NCBI GenBank assembly: GCA_002633005.1
Contig: NMRA01000172.1
Location: 679,871-743,870, forward strand
Length of the DNA: 64,000 nucleotides
From: Phoronis australis
Lineage: Eukaryota; Animalia; Phoronida
Direction: 5' to 3'
Positions 1 through 13,339 of this stretch are shown here, piece by piece (the stretch's first letter is position 1; every line of letters begins with the position of its first letter). The notes under the pieces are model-generated. The model did not search any database, was not told where the DNA came from, and was given only the letters and a program-made list of their open reading frames with translations. The position numbers and the translations under genes are program-made.

Positions 1-2896
1 AGAGGGAAAGGCCTTTGGAAATTCAACAATTCCCTGTTGGATGACTTGGAATGTACTAAAAAGATTAAAGAAAAAATACTGTGGTGAAACGTCAGTATGC
101 TGTTCCAGTTTACAATCATCAAATGATCGATACAATTTGTAACAGTGAAGTTCAATTCGTAATTAATGACCAGTTGTTCTTAGACGTTCTGTTTATGGAA
201 AGCCGTAACACCACTATAGACTACTCAATAAGAAAGAAGAAAAAACACATCAATTATGAACGTGTTTTAGAAGAAGCCATTAAAAGGCTGGAAAGCAAAG
301 ACAACCTGACTGAAGGTGATCTAACAACTTTTGAAGAAAAAAGACCAATTTACAAGAATTAAGAAGAAACATTTTGAAGGGCTATGTTGTCCGATCAAGA
401 GCAAACTGGATTGAAAGTGGAGAACGCCCGACCAAATATTTTTGCAACTTAGAATCAAGGATTTTTTAGTAAATTGAAAATGTCCACAACTCAAGGGACT
501 GGGATTATTACATGTATTCCAAAACCAGACAAGCCGAAACAGTTTCTGAAAAACTGGGGACCAATAACATTACTGAACAGTGTATACAAACTGGCTTCGG
601 GATGCGTTGCAAACAGAATTTAAAAAGTTCTAGATAAACTGATTTCAAATACCCAAACTGGATTTATTAAAGGAAGATTCATGGCTGAGAACACAAGACT
701 AATTTATGATATTATGAAGTATACAGACAAACACAACATTCCAGGACTACTTGAGTTGTTAGATTTTGAGAAGGCTTTTGATATTGTTTCCTGGGACTTT
801 ATATTCAAAGTCCTGAATAATTTCAATTTCAAAGCCAATATCATTCGATATATAAGAGCTTTTTATAATAAACCAATTGCCCGTGTTATACAAAATTGAT
901 TTCTGTCAGACAACTTCATACTAGAACGCGGATGTCGACAAGGTGATCCTCTCTCCCCTTATATTTGTATTTTGTGTGCTGAAATTTTGCCCATATTGAT
1001 TAAACATGATCCTGACGTGAAAGGTATTAAAATCGGCGACGAAGACTTCGTTATAACACAATACGCAGATGACACAACTTTCACGTTAGACGGAACTCCA
1101 AGATCCCTGGCAGCACTTATGAACAACCTAGAGTTCTATGCAGGGATGTCGGGGCTGAAGATAAACTATTCTAAGACAAAAGTAGTGTTTATTGGAAGTA
1201 GAAAATTCTCTCAAGAAGTGTTTCACCGCACGCGTTGGAAACTAAAATGGGGTGACGTTGATTTTAAGCTTCTGGGTATTAATTTCAGCGTGAACTTGGA
1301 TACCATGTCCAAACATAACTTTGATGCAAAAATAATGGACATGAAGAGTTTGATTAATATATGGTCTCGTAGAAAGCTGACTATCTTTGGAAAGGTCACA
1401 TTATTAAAAACACTTGTGCTTCCAAAAATTATACATCTACTAATGCTGCTCCCAATGATACTACTTTTGAGGATATTGAAACTTTGTTTTTTAAATTCAT
1501 TTGGGACGGAAACCTGATAAAATAAAAAGAGGAGTACTCATTAAATCCATAGAAGAGGGTGGATTAATGATGATTGATGTCAAAAAATTTAATATATCTT
1601 TAAAAATTTCATGGATTAGAAGATTCTTTTTAACAACATCCCCATGAACTTATGTGTTGCAAAAAGATATCGGGCTTACTAGAGATGGAATGTTGAACTA
1701 TGGAGACTATAGATTAACTAGATCGGATAATTGTAACTCTTTTTGAGCAGAACGCTTCCAGTATTGGAGCCTTTTAATTCACAAACAAACTATTTCAGGT
1801 CACGAAGATGCGGTGTCAATTAATGTATGGGCCAACAGTAGTATAATGGTGGAATACAGCCCTTGTATTTATGAGTCATTCGTTGAAAAAGGTATAATAC
1901 ATGTGGTGTGAACGATTTTTAGACTGGAATGGTAACTTCTACACCTTTGAAAGTTTCCAGACGATTCATCAGATTAATGTCAACTTTCTCAAATATTATT
2001 CAATTGTCAGTGCAATAAAAATACCTGAAAACGTTTTTCCAAAAATTTAATACTAAAAAAGATATATGGACCACTTGTACCTTTTTCCCTAAAAATATTA
2101 TTTTGACGAAAAAGGGGTGTCGGGATTCTTACCATATTCTGTGCAAAAATGACATAATACCATGGGCTCAAAAGAAATTCGAAGTATTGGGATTTTCAGA
2201 GAAGATGTGGAACTTCTATTACAAACTTCCACATGAATGTACGAATGACACAACCTTACTTTTCTTTCAGTTCCGCTTACTGCATAAAATTCTACCTACT
2301 AACTACTTTTTAAATAAGATTAGATACCTGGACTCAAATGCTTGTACTTTTTGTAAATGCTTTCCCGAAACTCTAGAATATTTATTCTGTGAATGTGAAT
2401 ATGTTAATTCTTTCTGGCACGGGGTACGTCTCTGGTTAACGACTGCAATGCAAGTAAATTTTGAAATAGACAAAACCACCATAATATTTGGTCTTCAAAA
2501 TGAAAAGAATAGAATTTTGAATTGGTTTCTTTTACAAACTAAAATTTTATTTTTTAAAATGAAATATGCTAACGTCAAACCTAATTTAGGATGTCTTAAA
2601 ATTTTTTTGAATGAGTGTTTTAATGTAGAAGTTAGTGCTTCGTTAAACACACGGAAATTTAATGATACAAAAAATGGGAAGATTGGAAATTTGTTTTTGA
2701 AACATGAGGGGACACAGAGAGTTGACCAGATGCCAGAACAGAAATTTAAGTAGTAGTTTTTAACTTCGAAGTAACAATGAAATGCTTTCTCGTTATTTTT
2801 TGCACAGTTCTGAACGTTGTTGTGTTGTGTTGTGTTGAGTATATTTGTATGTGTATCTGTCTTTTTTGTAATAAATGTATTAATTGTGAAAAAAAA
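1..2896 (+). mobile_element. Degenerate L1/Tx1-clade LINE (ORF2 RT and C-terminal zinc-binding region, 3' UTR, A tail); truncated by the window edge
   Basis: Fragmented frames read RGKGLWKFNNSLL, W..GERPTKYF, GIITCIPK...NWGPITLLN, LDFEKAFD.VSW, RGCRQGDPLSP, QYADDTT, FQFRLLHKILPTN and CTFC...ETLEYLFCEC. There are several stops/frameshifts and an internal deletion near 470. The end has (TGTTG)n at ~2817-2836, AATAAA at 2870-2875 and an A run at 2889-2896. Confidence 0.93.
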
Positions 2897-4610
2897 TGAG
2901 TTTGAGTTTCAATCTTGGAATGTTCACTTTAAAATACGGGGATCTAGAAAGCCAGGAGTTGATTGAATTAGAAGAACAGGAGGTGCAACAGGAAAAGCAA
3001 AATGTGAAACTCAAAGAGATGGCAAGCAATGCAAAAGGTTTCATCAACCAAAAAAACATCAACACTGTCAAGAAAATTGTAAGTGCAACCTACCGATTTG
3101 CTGCTTGGCTAGTTGAACACAGAAAGTTGCTGGACATGTCCCAGAAAGAGCTAGACATCCTCGTAGCGGGCTTTCTAGTGGCATGGGCGAAGCCCGATGG
3201 GTCTTCATATGAGCCGGACACTCTAACATCTTTTCACGGGGTCATTGACTGACACCTGAAAGAAACTGGCAACCCAGTCACTATGGTAGACAACCCAACC
3301 ATATTCCAATTTTCCAAAGACGTGCTTTTGCTCGTCGGCGTGACCTGAAACAAAAAAGGAAATCGAAAAAAACTGGGCAGAATTACTGACAGATGACAAG
3401 GAAGAGCTGTTGTGGGGTACCGGTCAACTTGGGAAACATTCAGCACAAGCACTCATCAACACAGTATGGTTCTTACATACAAAACTGTTTGGTTTCCGGG
3501 GCTCAGTTGAAAGCCGCCAGCTACAGTGGGCTGACATACAGTTGCTTGACGACGAATCTGGACACTAATACCTAGAGTTCAACGAAAGGGAAACGAAAAC
3601 AAGGTTCGGCACTGGCAGCGACATAAAACCATTTAATCCAAAAGCATTTGCTCATCCGTCAGATCCGTCAAGGTGCCCTGTTGCAACTTACTAAGCCTTC
3701 CGATCACGAAGACCATCAAACACCCTCACCCCTGACTCACGTTTCTAGATGAACCACTTCAGAGCCCTCGACTCCGAAATATGGTACAAGAATCAATCCC
3801 TGGGCAAAAACACTATAGCTTTGTTCATGAAAAAATAGCACAAGGAGCAGGCCTCCAGGGGAAGAAAACCAACCACAGCGTGAGGCGAACCAGGTGCTCA
3901 AAACTCCTTCATACAGGCATACCACCTACCACAATCGTGCAGCTCAGGGGACACAAAAATGTTACAAGTTTGAACATCAATGCATCAGCATTCACGACAC
4001 AGCAGAGAACAATGTCCAACATTCTGCAAACTAAGGCCACATCATCTGCAAGTGCAAAAATCACGATCAACGCCAACAAAGCCAAAGGGCCACTAGCCAT
4101 GACAGCACCCGATACTATCGGCGACAGTGTTACACGAGCAGCAACAACGACCGACCCAGCAACACGTGAACCTATCCATGCTACACAATCCGTAGAATTG
4201 CGACAACATACCTGCAACAACGCTACAACAGGCATATTCGCTTTTATCAACGGTGGCACTTTTAACATCTTCGTGAAAACAGACGACGTGTAGGCTACGC
4301 GCACCGGTGAATGACTTAGTTTCATGAAGGAATGCAGCTACCCGATGAGGATTTTACAATGTTATAAATATTCTTATTTATTTATTTTCGAAATATGTTA
4401 AAAGTTCAATGCACAATAAGTGTCGTTTTCACACTTTTTATTAATTTCAAGTAATAAACCGTTACATTTAATATGGGCAACACGTAGCCCCTCGGTTGGC
4501 CGGTTAGGGGCTACAATATTTCCCATCGCTTTCTGTACGCATTTCATCCCATGTATTTTAAACGGGCGGTAGGTCAAATCCGGCCACCGATTTTGAGTTT
4601 TCACGTCGTC
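2896..4610 (+). mobile_element. Degenerate Crypton (CryptonA/DUF3504-type tyrosine recombinase, related to KCTD1/ZMYM/QRICH1)
   Basis: Broken ORF 2896-4293 with KPDGSSYEPDTLTSF, FGFRG..E.RQLQWAD (~3490), ETKTR, RCPV, WYKNQSLG, TNHSVRRT and GHKNVTSL motifs. A downstream hairpin GTAGCCCCT...AGGGGCTAC (4484-4514) resembles Crypton subterminal structure. Confidence 0.88.
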
Positions 4611-5789
4611 ATTCCACACTTAAAACTATCACTTAAAAAAGCGCGTACTTTCTTCAGTGGTCCTTTCTACTTCTATACATATATTCGATGAAGCTTAGTT
4701 GTGAGAATTAAGGTGACTTTAGCGAAGAATTCCAACTCCACTTTTTTAGTTCTGTTAACGTTTTCACCACGCGCGCGATAAGCACAAAGTGTGTCAACTG
4801 AGTCACGTGAGTTAGGCAAAGGCTAGCGGGAGACTGAGCGAAGCGCGTGATGCTAGCGCATGACACTTCCAAAGTAGCATGAGAAGGTATCAGGTGAAAT
4901 TTGTAAGATTTGTGTTCCTTGGACTTTTTATTCGTCAGCATGCATTTTTTCAAGTAACTTCCTCAAAATGGCACCCGGTAAGAAAAACTCGAGCAAACCA
5001 CGACAGATTTTTATCGATTTGTTCAAGTTATCTTGACTGAATCGTCTCCAGACTTACGATACGAGTTCTTTATGACTCCATGTGCATATATGCATGTTTC
5101 ATTTGATTTTATTTCCTGTATTTTGAAATTCATAACTGTTTGTGGGGATGTACTATCGCCCATGTATGCCCGCGTGATCCAGGGCGACGTAATTGCCTAC
5201 GTGTTGCCTAACACAACCAATGCCAATATACCCAACTTGCGAAGTGATTACACTTTGCCTTGGTAGTTCTCCCCCCCCCCCTTGCATTGATGCTCACTGA
5301 CACAAGCACAACCTCAGAAGACAGAAATATCATAAACTACTAGCCTTTTACGAAAAACTGACTGGCCCGAGCAACCAAATCCACCAGTCAAGTACCGTAT
5401 CCCGGAAGTGAATGACTCTAAACATACACGTCACTTAGCGCTGAATAATCCCAGGTTGTGGCAGACGACAAAGTATATGTATGAAGGTGGCGCAATTAGA
5501 ATCATAAATACATGTATTTTGAACACAAGAGAGCGTTTATTGCTAATTCTTCAAGGGCTTTAAGGATCCCGCATGGACCTCCAGCAGTATATTACGCGTT
5601 GGAATAATAAGATTAGATAATCCACACACAGATTACAGACACAGTCCATGTCAGTTTGCGACAGCGTGAGTTGCTGACAATAACAACTGAACTTACCGCA
5701 ACACCTTCGTTTGATATATTGTATTTAATGGCTAGACACAGCCAAGCAGGTTCGACATATGCAGGACGATGTAATTGCCTACATTTAAT

Positions 5790-6020
5790 ACTGTTTTCTT
5801 TTACTATAGCAACTTAACGCGCACGTAGATACGCAACAGGTTGTGAGTCGCCGCGTAAACAGTCTGGGTGAAGTATTTATAAATTGCCGAAAGAAAACAA
5901 AAGAAACTAACGAATTACATTCGTATGGGATAAATACAAAATGTACCTCGGTCGCTACGCGGAAAAATGTCTCGTGGGATATTATTTCATGTACGTCACT
6001 CGAGGTACGTTTTCAGTATA
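5790..6020. repeat. Dispersed repeat with partial palindrome; inverted paralog at ~24540-24810
   Basis: Shares TACGCGGAA.AA.GTC..GTGGGATATTA.TTCATGTA...TCGAGGTACGTTTT and the adjacent flank with 24540-24810. Confidence 0.7.
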
Positions 6021-6295
6021 CATGTATATGTATATGTTTCATTGAAAAGTAAGCTGTTCTTGGCCTTAGATAGTTTGTTTATCAAACATTCGCATTATCT
6101 ACATAAAAATCTTTCGTGAGATGACATTTGAAATAGTAGATCACGGTGTGTGAGTGGCATCACAAACACAAACGCATGAGTATATATAAAATAAAACACC
6201 GTAAAAATACATAGTAAAACAGTTGCTGTACTTCGACTAGACTTCAGTCATCCATGCAAATCACTTTAAAATTATAAACGCTATCGTGTATGATA

Positions 6296-6382
6296 CATGT
6301 ACATGTAGTTGTATGTACATGGGTATAATGATTCGTTCTCTGGGCTACTTCTCTGCTGTACCATTGTTGTATTTTATTAAGA

Positions 6383-6481
<99 letters not shown>

Positions 6482-6671
6482 ATATATATGTATATACATG
6501 GATGTAATGACTCGTTCTCTGAGCTACTTCTCTGCTGTACAATTATTGTATTTAATTGTCTTAGATGTTTGTGTTGCAATAAAAATATTGGTAATGGCCA
6601 CTTTCAGGGATCTCTTTTAAGATATCCCCTGTAGTAAACAATAAAGTGTGGTAACCGCGAAATACGCATTT
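6296..6671 (+). repeat. Composite repeat family, copy A, left part (interrupted by the Ngaro-like insertion)
   Basis: Aligns by eye with 40600-40839 (TTCGTTCTCTG.G..ACTTCTCTG.TGTAC...AACCGCGAAATA.GCATTT). An ~80-bp segment is duplicated on either side of the TG tract. Confidence 0.8.
6387..6480. repeat. (TG)n microsatellite, ~47 units
   Basis: Perfect dinucleotide run. Confidence 0.99.
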
Positions 6672-8999
6672 ATGCTCGGAATATGTCCCGAAAATAATAG
6701 GTGCGTCTCAAGCTCCGTTTCTAGAGATACAAAGGAGACCGTGTATAGGCGATATAAGGTCATTTATTATGACTGATAAGGTACAGAAATATGAGGGTAC
6801 AAATAACATAAAGATAAAATAATAATCTCTGGAAAGATGGGCAATAAAAAGCGCCACGAGAGATGTTGAAGACAGCTCATGCCCATCCGCAGGGACGCAC
6901 CAAAAGAAAAGGGAGGAAAAAGGAGGTAATGTGTAGATTCGCATACTTACAGAGGTTGGCAGCCGGATACCCAACCCTAACTCCAGGGGCCAAGGCTGGA
7001 GGGTGAGGTACGTTTACCTAAGTGCTGCAACAGCTGCCGGGTGTGAACTCACCCTGGTGTCGTGGCGGTAACGAATGGAACTAGAGTAAAGCTAAAAATA
7101 CAAAATTAATACATGGAAGACTGAACAAAATAATGAGACAAAGTGGTACATTGGTAAATAGGAAAAATAAGATACACGGAGTGAAACGAAAGTAACATAA
7201 GTAAGATAAGGAAAGAGGTATATAAGGACCCCGTAAACGAACAACAGAAAGAAATGAAAATGTTACAGAGGCTATGCAGGGCTAAGCCCAAAACATAAGA
7301 GAAAGTACGTAAGAGATGAAAAAAACGAGCGGCTAACAGAAACTGAAGTACGCATATAAACAAAATAACAGTATTAAGTAACCGAGAAAAGAATCTAACC
7401 CTAAGTAAACTGGCGAAATAATACAAACTGACTAACAGGGACGGAGAGAAGTAATAAAATTTGGCTAACAGATGAATGAGAGAAGTGGATAAACTGAACA
7501 ATAACAGAGGCAGTAAGTCGAAATGAGTACAAACTAGGAACAACGTGAGGAAACTAAAAACACCCACGGAAAGTATTACAACAACAGAAAAGCTAAGAAG
7601 AAATACCCTAGATATAACCGGCAATACTAATGCCAGAGGGAGGGGATGGGGGAGGGATGGGAGTAGGCAGGTGATTGAGGAGAAAAAGGTGCAGGCAATA
7701 CTGACACCAAAGGGGTAGGAGCGAAGGGGCAGGCAATACTGAAAACGGTGAGGGAAGGGAGGTTGCAGGCAAGAATGGGCAAAACGGATGCGAGGAGAGG
7801 TAGGGGGATGGAAGATTTAAATTCGTCTGCCCTTAACGGGATGACGAGGGGTAGAAGCAGACGTGGGGGGCTGCCTGCGACAAGACTTAGCCGGGTGTTT
7901 GCCATTGCAAGAGGAGCAGACATGGAGGTAGGGACACTGAGTGGGGGGCTTAGGGCAGGTGTGGGAGTTGTAGGACCAGCAGTAGCCGTGGGTGCGATGA
8001 GGAGAGGTGGTTTGGGGGGAGGGGGATTGGTGGGACCTGAGGGAGGTCTAAACCCATAGCTCCTGATTGATGGAGTGCCAAGGGATGTGGGAAGGGAACC
8101 GGGCGCGGAGTTTGCGGAACTGCTGGTCGTAGTACATGGCATGGTGAAAACCGAAGGTGGAGATGAAGGTAAGGATGGTGTGGGCGTATTTGCAAAGGTG
8201 GGGGGAGTGGTGGGGGTGGGCGGTGGTATAAAGGCTCATGTAAACGAGAAATGCCATGCACCAGTCGTGAGAGGATTGGAGGGATTTTGACTTCGGAGTC
8301 GAAGTAAGGCTCTGATGGCCCTCCTGTACGGTGAGAGACAACGTCGAGGAAGATGGATGTTGAGGGCGAAGTAGGGAATAAAAATCAACAAATTGATTCG
8401 AAAGAATCATGCCGCGGACCTTATCATCGACATTAAATCCTAACGGTAAAATGTCGGTACCTGAGACTGGGGGAATTGTGATGGGAGACGGCTAGTCGTT
8501 GGTCGGCGGATGGACGGTTGAAGGTAGAGGCAGAGGTGGAGGCTGCACAGTGATGACCGACGGAGCAGCAGGGAGGGGCGCTGAGACCGACGGCGGCACG
8601 GAGAGGAGAGATGGATCCTGGCGAAATTGCTGGATAACCGACGTGACTACGGTGGAAACGTCCGGCGCTGGTGCAGAAGGCGGAGTCGAGGACGTCGCAG
8701 ACGATGTAGAGGAGAGAGCGCGTGCCGGTGAAGGGCGAGAATACGGTGAGTTGGATTGACGAGCTGACTGGCTAGGCATCTGAAAAAGAAAAACGGAGCA
8801 GCAGAGAGACTGATGCAAAAAGGGGAACGACCGCCCCGGAAAGGGGTGGCCGAACCCTAGAGGTGGAACAAAAATCAAGGTAAACGTGGGAGGTATAAGG
8901 GAGAAAGATGGCTGGGAAGGAATGGACCAGTCCGAAATATGGGGGTATGAGAGGGACGAGTCCATATTCTCACATAAATATATTTAACGAGTGAAATGT
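6672..8999 (-). mobile_element. Non-autonomous Ngaro/DIRS-like tyrosine-recombinase retroelement (gag retained, pol/YR missing)
   Basis: Insertion flanked by CATTT (6667-6671 and 9000-9004) in a repeat whose empty site is at ~40835. Contains a gag-like ORF, a short stub resembling the start of the RT ORF (IPLRADEF), a T-rich spacer and a terminal module. Confidence 0.8.
7817..8779 (-). pseudogene. Ngaro/DIRS-type gag-like ORF1 with C-terminal zinc fingers; two in-frame TAG stops
   Basis: One frame reads MPSQSARQ...PLGFNVDDKVRGMILSNQFVDFYSLL...WCMAFLVYMSLY...YYDQQFRK...WHSINQELW*...CWSYNSHTCPKPPTQCPYLHVCSSCNGKHPAKSC. Stops are at 8492 and 8048. Confidence 0.8.
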
Positions 9000-11460
9000 C
9001 ATTTCTCAGCTATAGCAAAATATTACACTTTTTTCACATTTTCATGAAAAGATAAGATTTGCAAAGACACTTGAACACGCATATGTCGCTGAATGTGTTT
9101 GTATAGAAAGTATAAAGTGTGTGTATGTAAATTGTATGTAAGTATAACGATAAGTTACACGTATGTTGAAATATGGGTAGTGATTATGTAGAGGCATGAC
9201 CATATTCAAACATACGTCATATAGCGTACTTATATTTATGCACGTATGTGTATGTTCTTTTCATAAATATCGGTATGTATCCATTAGTGTCATTTGGTGA
9301 AAATCATTGCGTATCAACGTTTAATAATTATTTTATGTACTGTCTTAAAATAAAACAATTAAAAAACGACAATGACCGCGAACTTGCATGCATGCGTGGG
9401 AGTTGTCCTATACTATTACACTTTTTCGTTTTTCTGCAGATCAACACGTGCACAAATCCGCAGTGAGGCAAAATGAAAACACAGTTGGGTAACACTGTTA
9501 GAAAAAATAAACAAATACTGGTCTTTGAAATTCCGAAAACACTGTCAGTAAAGTGCTACAAGTGATTTTTGGTATTCTGAAATTTTATGATAAGAACTTA
9601 AAGTTTCAGTTGGATAATGAAATTCGAGCACTTGAATATGATTTGTCAGCCTATACACAGGGCAGCCGCTTGAAACTCGGGTTCCATCCCCAAAGGCAGT
9701 ATACCAAGGACCCCGTAATCCCATCCTTTGAAAATGTGCCCCTTCTATCCATGATCCTACTAAAATGAATAGCTCCCCAAAGAGGGCCATAATGAAGTGG
9801 ATCTTGGTCCTGGGCCTCATTCTCACTCTCGTTAGTAGACTAACTTGCAACAGCCCCTAAAGCAGTATACCAAGGACCCCGGAACCTCATCCTTTGAAAG
9901 TGTGCCCCTTATACATGCGTGACCCTACTAAAATGAGCGGCTTTCCAAAGAGGACCGTGTGAATCTTGGCCCTCACTCTCAATCTCGTAAATAGACGGTT
10001 TCCTACGCCCACATTTCAGGATTTCGCAGGCAGCGGTAATCTACTGTATATAAATATAAATGGACCCATCATGAGGGATAGTTTTGTTTTTATATAGGTG
10101 GATCCATCTTGGTATGTTTGCCTCTACTGTCTTTGGTGTACCCAGTTACAAACAAAGACTTGGCTGATCAACATATACTGACAAGTGTGCTCATCAATTA
10201 TGATAGTTTACACAGAAACACATATATCCGTTAAAGATAGGTTAAAGATGGACAATATCAATCAAAGTTTTGCAGTTTCTGGTACTAATAACCGCAATGA
10301 TAACGAAGTCAGAAACAATTTTGAATTTGCTTCTGATTCAAAGCACTTCACTTAATCACCGTTCCCGATTTACTTTGCACGTATGGTGCTTGCGTACATG
10401 TATATGACTGGATCGCGCAGACGATTAGAGGAGGTTTGATGTTATTCATCGGCACTGGATGACCAGGGATTCTAGAAGTAAAAGTCTATACCTAGCTAAG
10501 CTATATATCAGCGAGAGAGATCTTAAAAACTAGCGCAGTGTGAATGCCTTAAAAATCGACCAGGAAAACAAAACAGTGGCAAAAAAGGTTCATCAGTTAT
10601 ACGCTAGCATTATACCATAAAGTTCAGGCAATTTCAAATTTCGAATTGAAAGTGATCGCCAATGATGTTGCTCATCCACTTTGATTGTGGATTGCTGGAA
10701 TGACATGCATGCTTTTCCAATCTTTTGCGTTCAGTGCACGTCGAAGGTAAGTTCATTACAGGCAGTTCTCCGTCGTTGCTAAAAAAACATACATTTAACT
10801 ACCGTGTTTTCTTGCACTGAGAAATCTCCAACGAGCATGTTCAGGGAAAAGTAGGTCTAGAACTAATAAGACTTTGGTCAATGGACAAAGTATTTTCTAG
10901 TCAATCATTTTAAATGGTGCACCGCCACGTAGACTTCATATGAGAAACGAACTTGATGGAAAGACTTCTAAGGTTGGACGTCACTACTCCGACGGTTCAC
11001 TACTCCAAACCTTCACTACTCCGACGGTTCACTACCTTCGATAGTTCACTACTTCGAATGAACACAATTCCGAAACCAGAGAACTCTAACAGTTTATTAC
11101 TCTGATTCGTCTGATAATAAGTTGGAACTGGCATGAATAATGTATTGATTTGTATTCAATTAGTAACCATTTAAAGGATGTGCAAGAGTTGAATTAGCCT
11201 ATAGTTCTTAAAACAATTTTAAATACACAAATGAGCTCAGTTACAATCACTGACAATTGTGATTCTTGAATCTGACTAACGACTCATTCTCAAGCAGGGA
11301 CAACATCTGACGTACAGGTCAGGGCTGCGGCGACAAACGGCGGTTTCAAATTTAGGAAGACTGAATGAGATTCTCTGACTTCGTGAACACTGACAGGGAC
11401 TTACTAACTACATTTAGTTCCGACGCAGCCGTGGGCGTGGTTCCAGTGGGTGAGATTCTA
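9000..11460 (+). repeat. Composite repeat family, copy A, right part
   Basis: Collinear with 40835-42800. Includes a ~165-bp tandem duplication (9690-9995) and ACTACTCCGA.GGTTC subrepeats (10980-11060). Confidence 0.85.
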
Positions 11461-13339
11461 TAATGAATATTTCGTGTTATGTGGTTTTTAAATCTCTGAT
11501 TAGGTTCCCAATATGTGAAAACAAGCAACATCTCATCATTGCATAGCTGAGAAATTCAAAAGAAAACAAAATTCCCACTTTTCCTACAGACCTACAACAA
11601 GAAAGATCTGACTTACTGAGCGAAGCAGGTCTGGTGTAAAAAGGCCGTTTCAGCAGGGTGGTGAGGACAAAGGTTAACATGGAGATTCTTCACGCTCGGA
11701 AGTAAAACTTGCTAAGTTTGACAGGTGTCGTTAGTGAATAATGACCTCACAGCTTCTGTTTAAGGTCACTGATTTTGTCCATTGAACATATACGGAAATG
11801 GCGTTCCATGTACTATAGTCTATGGTGAAACAAGTGGTTATTGTTTTTGGTGATAAACACGTCTGTGGGCGCTTCAACATTTTTCCAGTTCATGCCTCAG
11901 TTTTAGTATATTACAACGAAGTGTTTACAGTATGCTGTTGTTTCTTTTCCTTAAGCGCTACTGTTTTGAGTTTGCGAAACTTCTGTCAATGTTACATTAA
12001 CAGAAACATTTTTAGTTTGGACATCTGACAGAAATTGCTGGTGATGGAGTTGTGTACCTCTAACAATTCCTTGACTTCTATTTAACACGGAGTGTTTGAG
12101 GTTTGCCAGTAGCATAACTTTAAGTAGAGGCTCTTCGGAACGATCATCTTTGAAAGCTCCCCGGAATAGCCTGTGTCCTGTGCCCTGAATATCATCAGTT
12201 CAATCACTCAGTCAGCCTTGTACAGCCGAAAGCAAGTGCTGTATACTCATCAAACTAATGTAGGCGTTAGGGCAATCGACAATTTATCTCGGTATTGTAA
12301 CGAAATTGTCACATTGCTGCCTTTGCAACCGTGGGCTTACACTAAATGTGTTTACAATGTAACTATGGGTCAATGCAAGAATGATATTTTTAAGTATGTT
12401 ACTAGGACATTCGAAAATGACTCAGTTTGACCCACTTTAGAACATTATTCTCCATAAATGACTGATTGCATTCATATGAAACTTACAGATGCCATGCTTG
12501 ATACCTTGTTCAGCAAAACGCTGTTATGGAATTTTTTACCTGACTTTGCACCATTGGCTATAAAAACAGGAACTTTCTGATTTTTCTGAAAAAAAATCAA
12601 AATTTGGATGAAACGAAAAAGAAATGTCAATTTAGAAAACTGTAGCAGGATTTCGAAGATTTCATCATGAACATTTGTATGGAATAAAATAAGGTCATGT
12701 TATTGATACCATTGTTTTGCTGTGCATGTGCCTTTCTACATGTATACGCCAAATTTTACTACAGAGACTTGGTCACCTGACACAAGTAATAGAAAATTGG
12801 TATAAATTCGTCAGTTGATTTTACAGAAAATAAATATTTTTACTGATTTGAATTGTAGTTGTGTCGATATGTGGCTAAATACACCAACATGAAGAAAAGG
12901 TCCTGCATTTATGTAACCTTAATTAGCAGCTTAATATCCCGTTAATTCATTTTTATTTCATAACCATTTCCATATGCCTAAAAGATATAACATTATGCTA
13001 TGCATTTTTCCAGTGGGTTTCAGAATATTTGCATTCTTGTTTGCGGTTACCTCATATTTGAAGTTTGTGCACTGGTATGAATGTGAACTGCGTCGTTGGA
13101 GTCTCATTGGAGTGGCCTGTCAGTTGCTGTCACATATGCCACTGTGTCTCGAGAAACCTGCAACACAAAATGCGCAAAGCAAGACTGCTTGGATCTATAG
13201 ACCGGCAGACCAGAGCACTTAGAATAGATTAACTAGGAACCAACATGTAAAAAAACATCTGACCATAGCATCCCTGAGAGTCCAGCTCAGTATGTACGGG
13301 AGTGGATGTCTGCCGTTGTCTGCACTCGGTGTGACCCTT

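Noticed and set aside
505-520. TACATGTA in LINE ORF2
   Set aside because: It encodes the native GIITCIPK motif, so it was not counted as a footprint.
6244-6634. ORFs with (HT)n/(CV)n runs
   Set aside because: Translations of the TG microsatellite.
7106-7624. 172-aa very hydrophobic ORF inside the Ngaro-like element (possible membrane cargo)
   Set aside because: The strand is T-rich and purine-poor, which yields hydrophobic, stop-free frames by composition. It has a non-ATG start and no motif.
11480-12560. Coding-like decayed sequence, possibly a DNA transposase
   Set aside because: No frame gave a motif I could assign.
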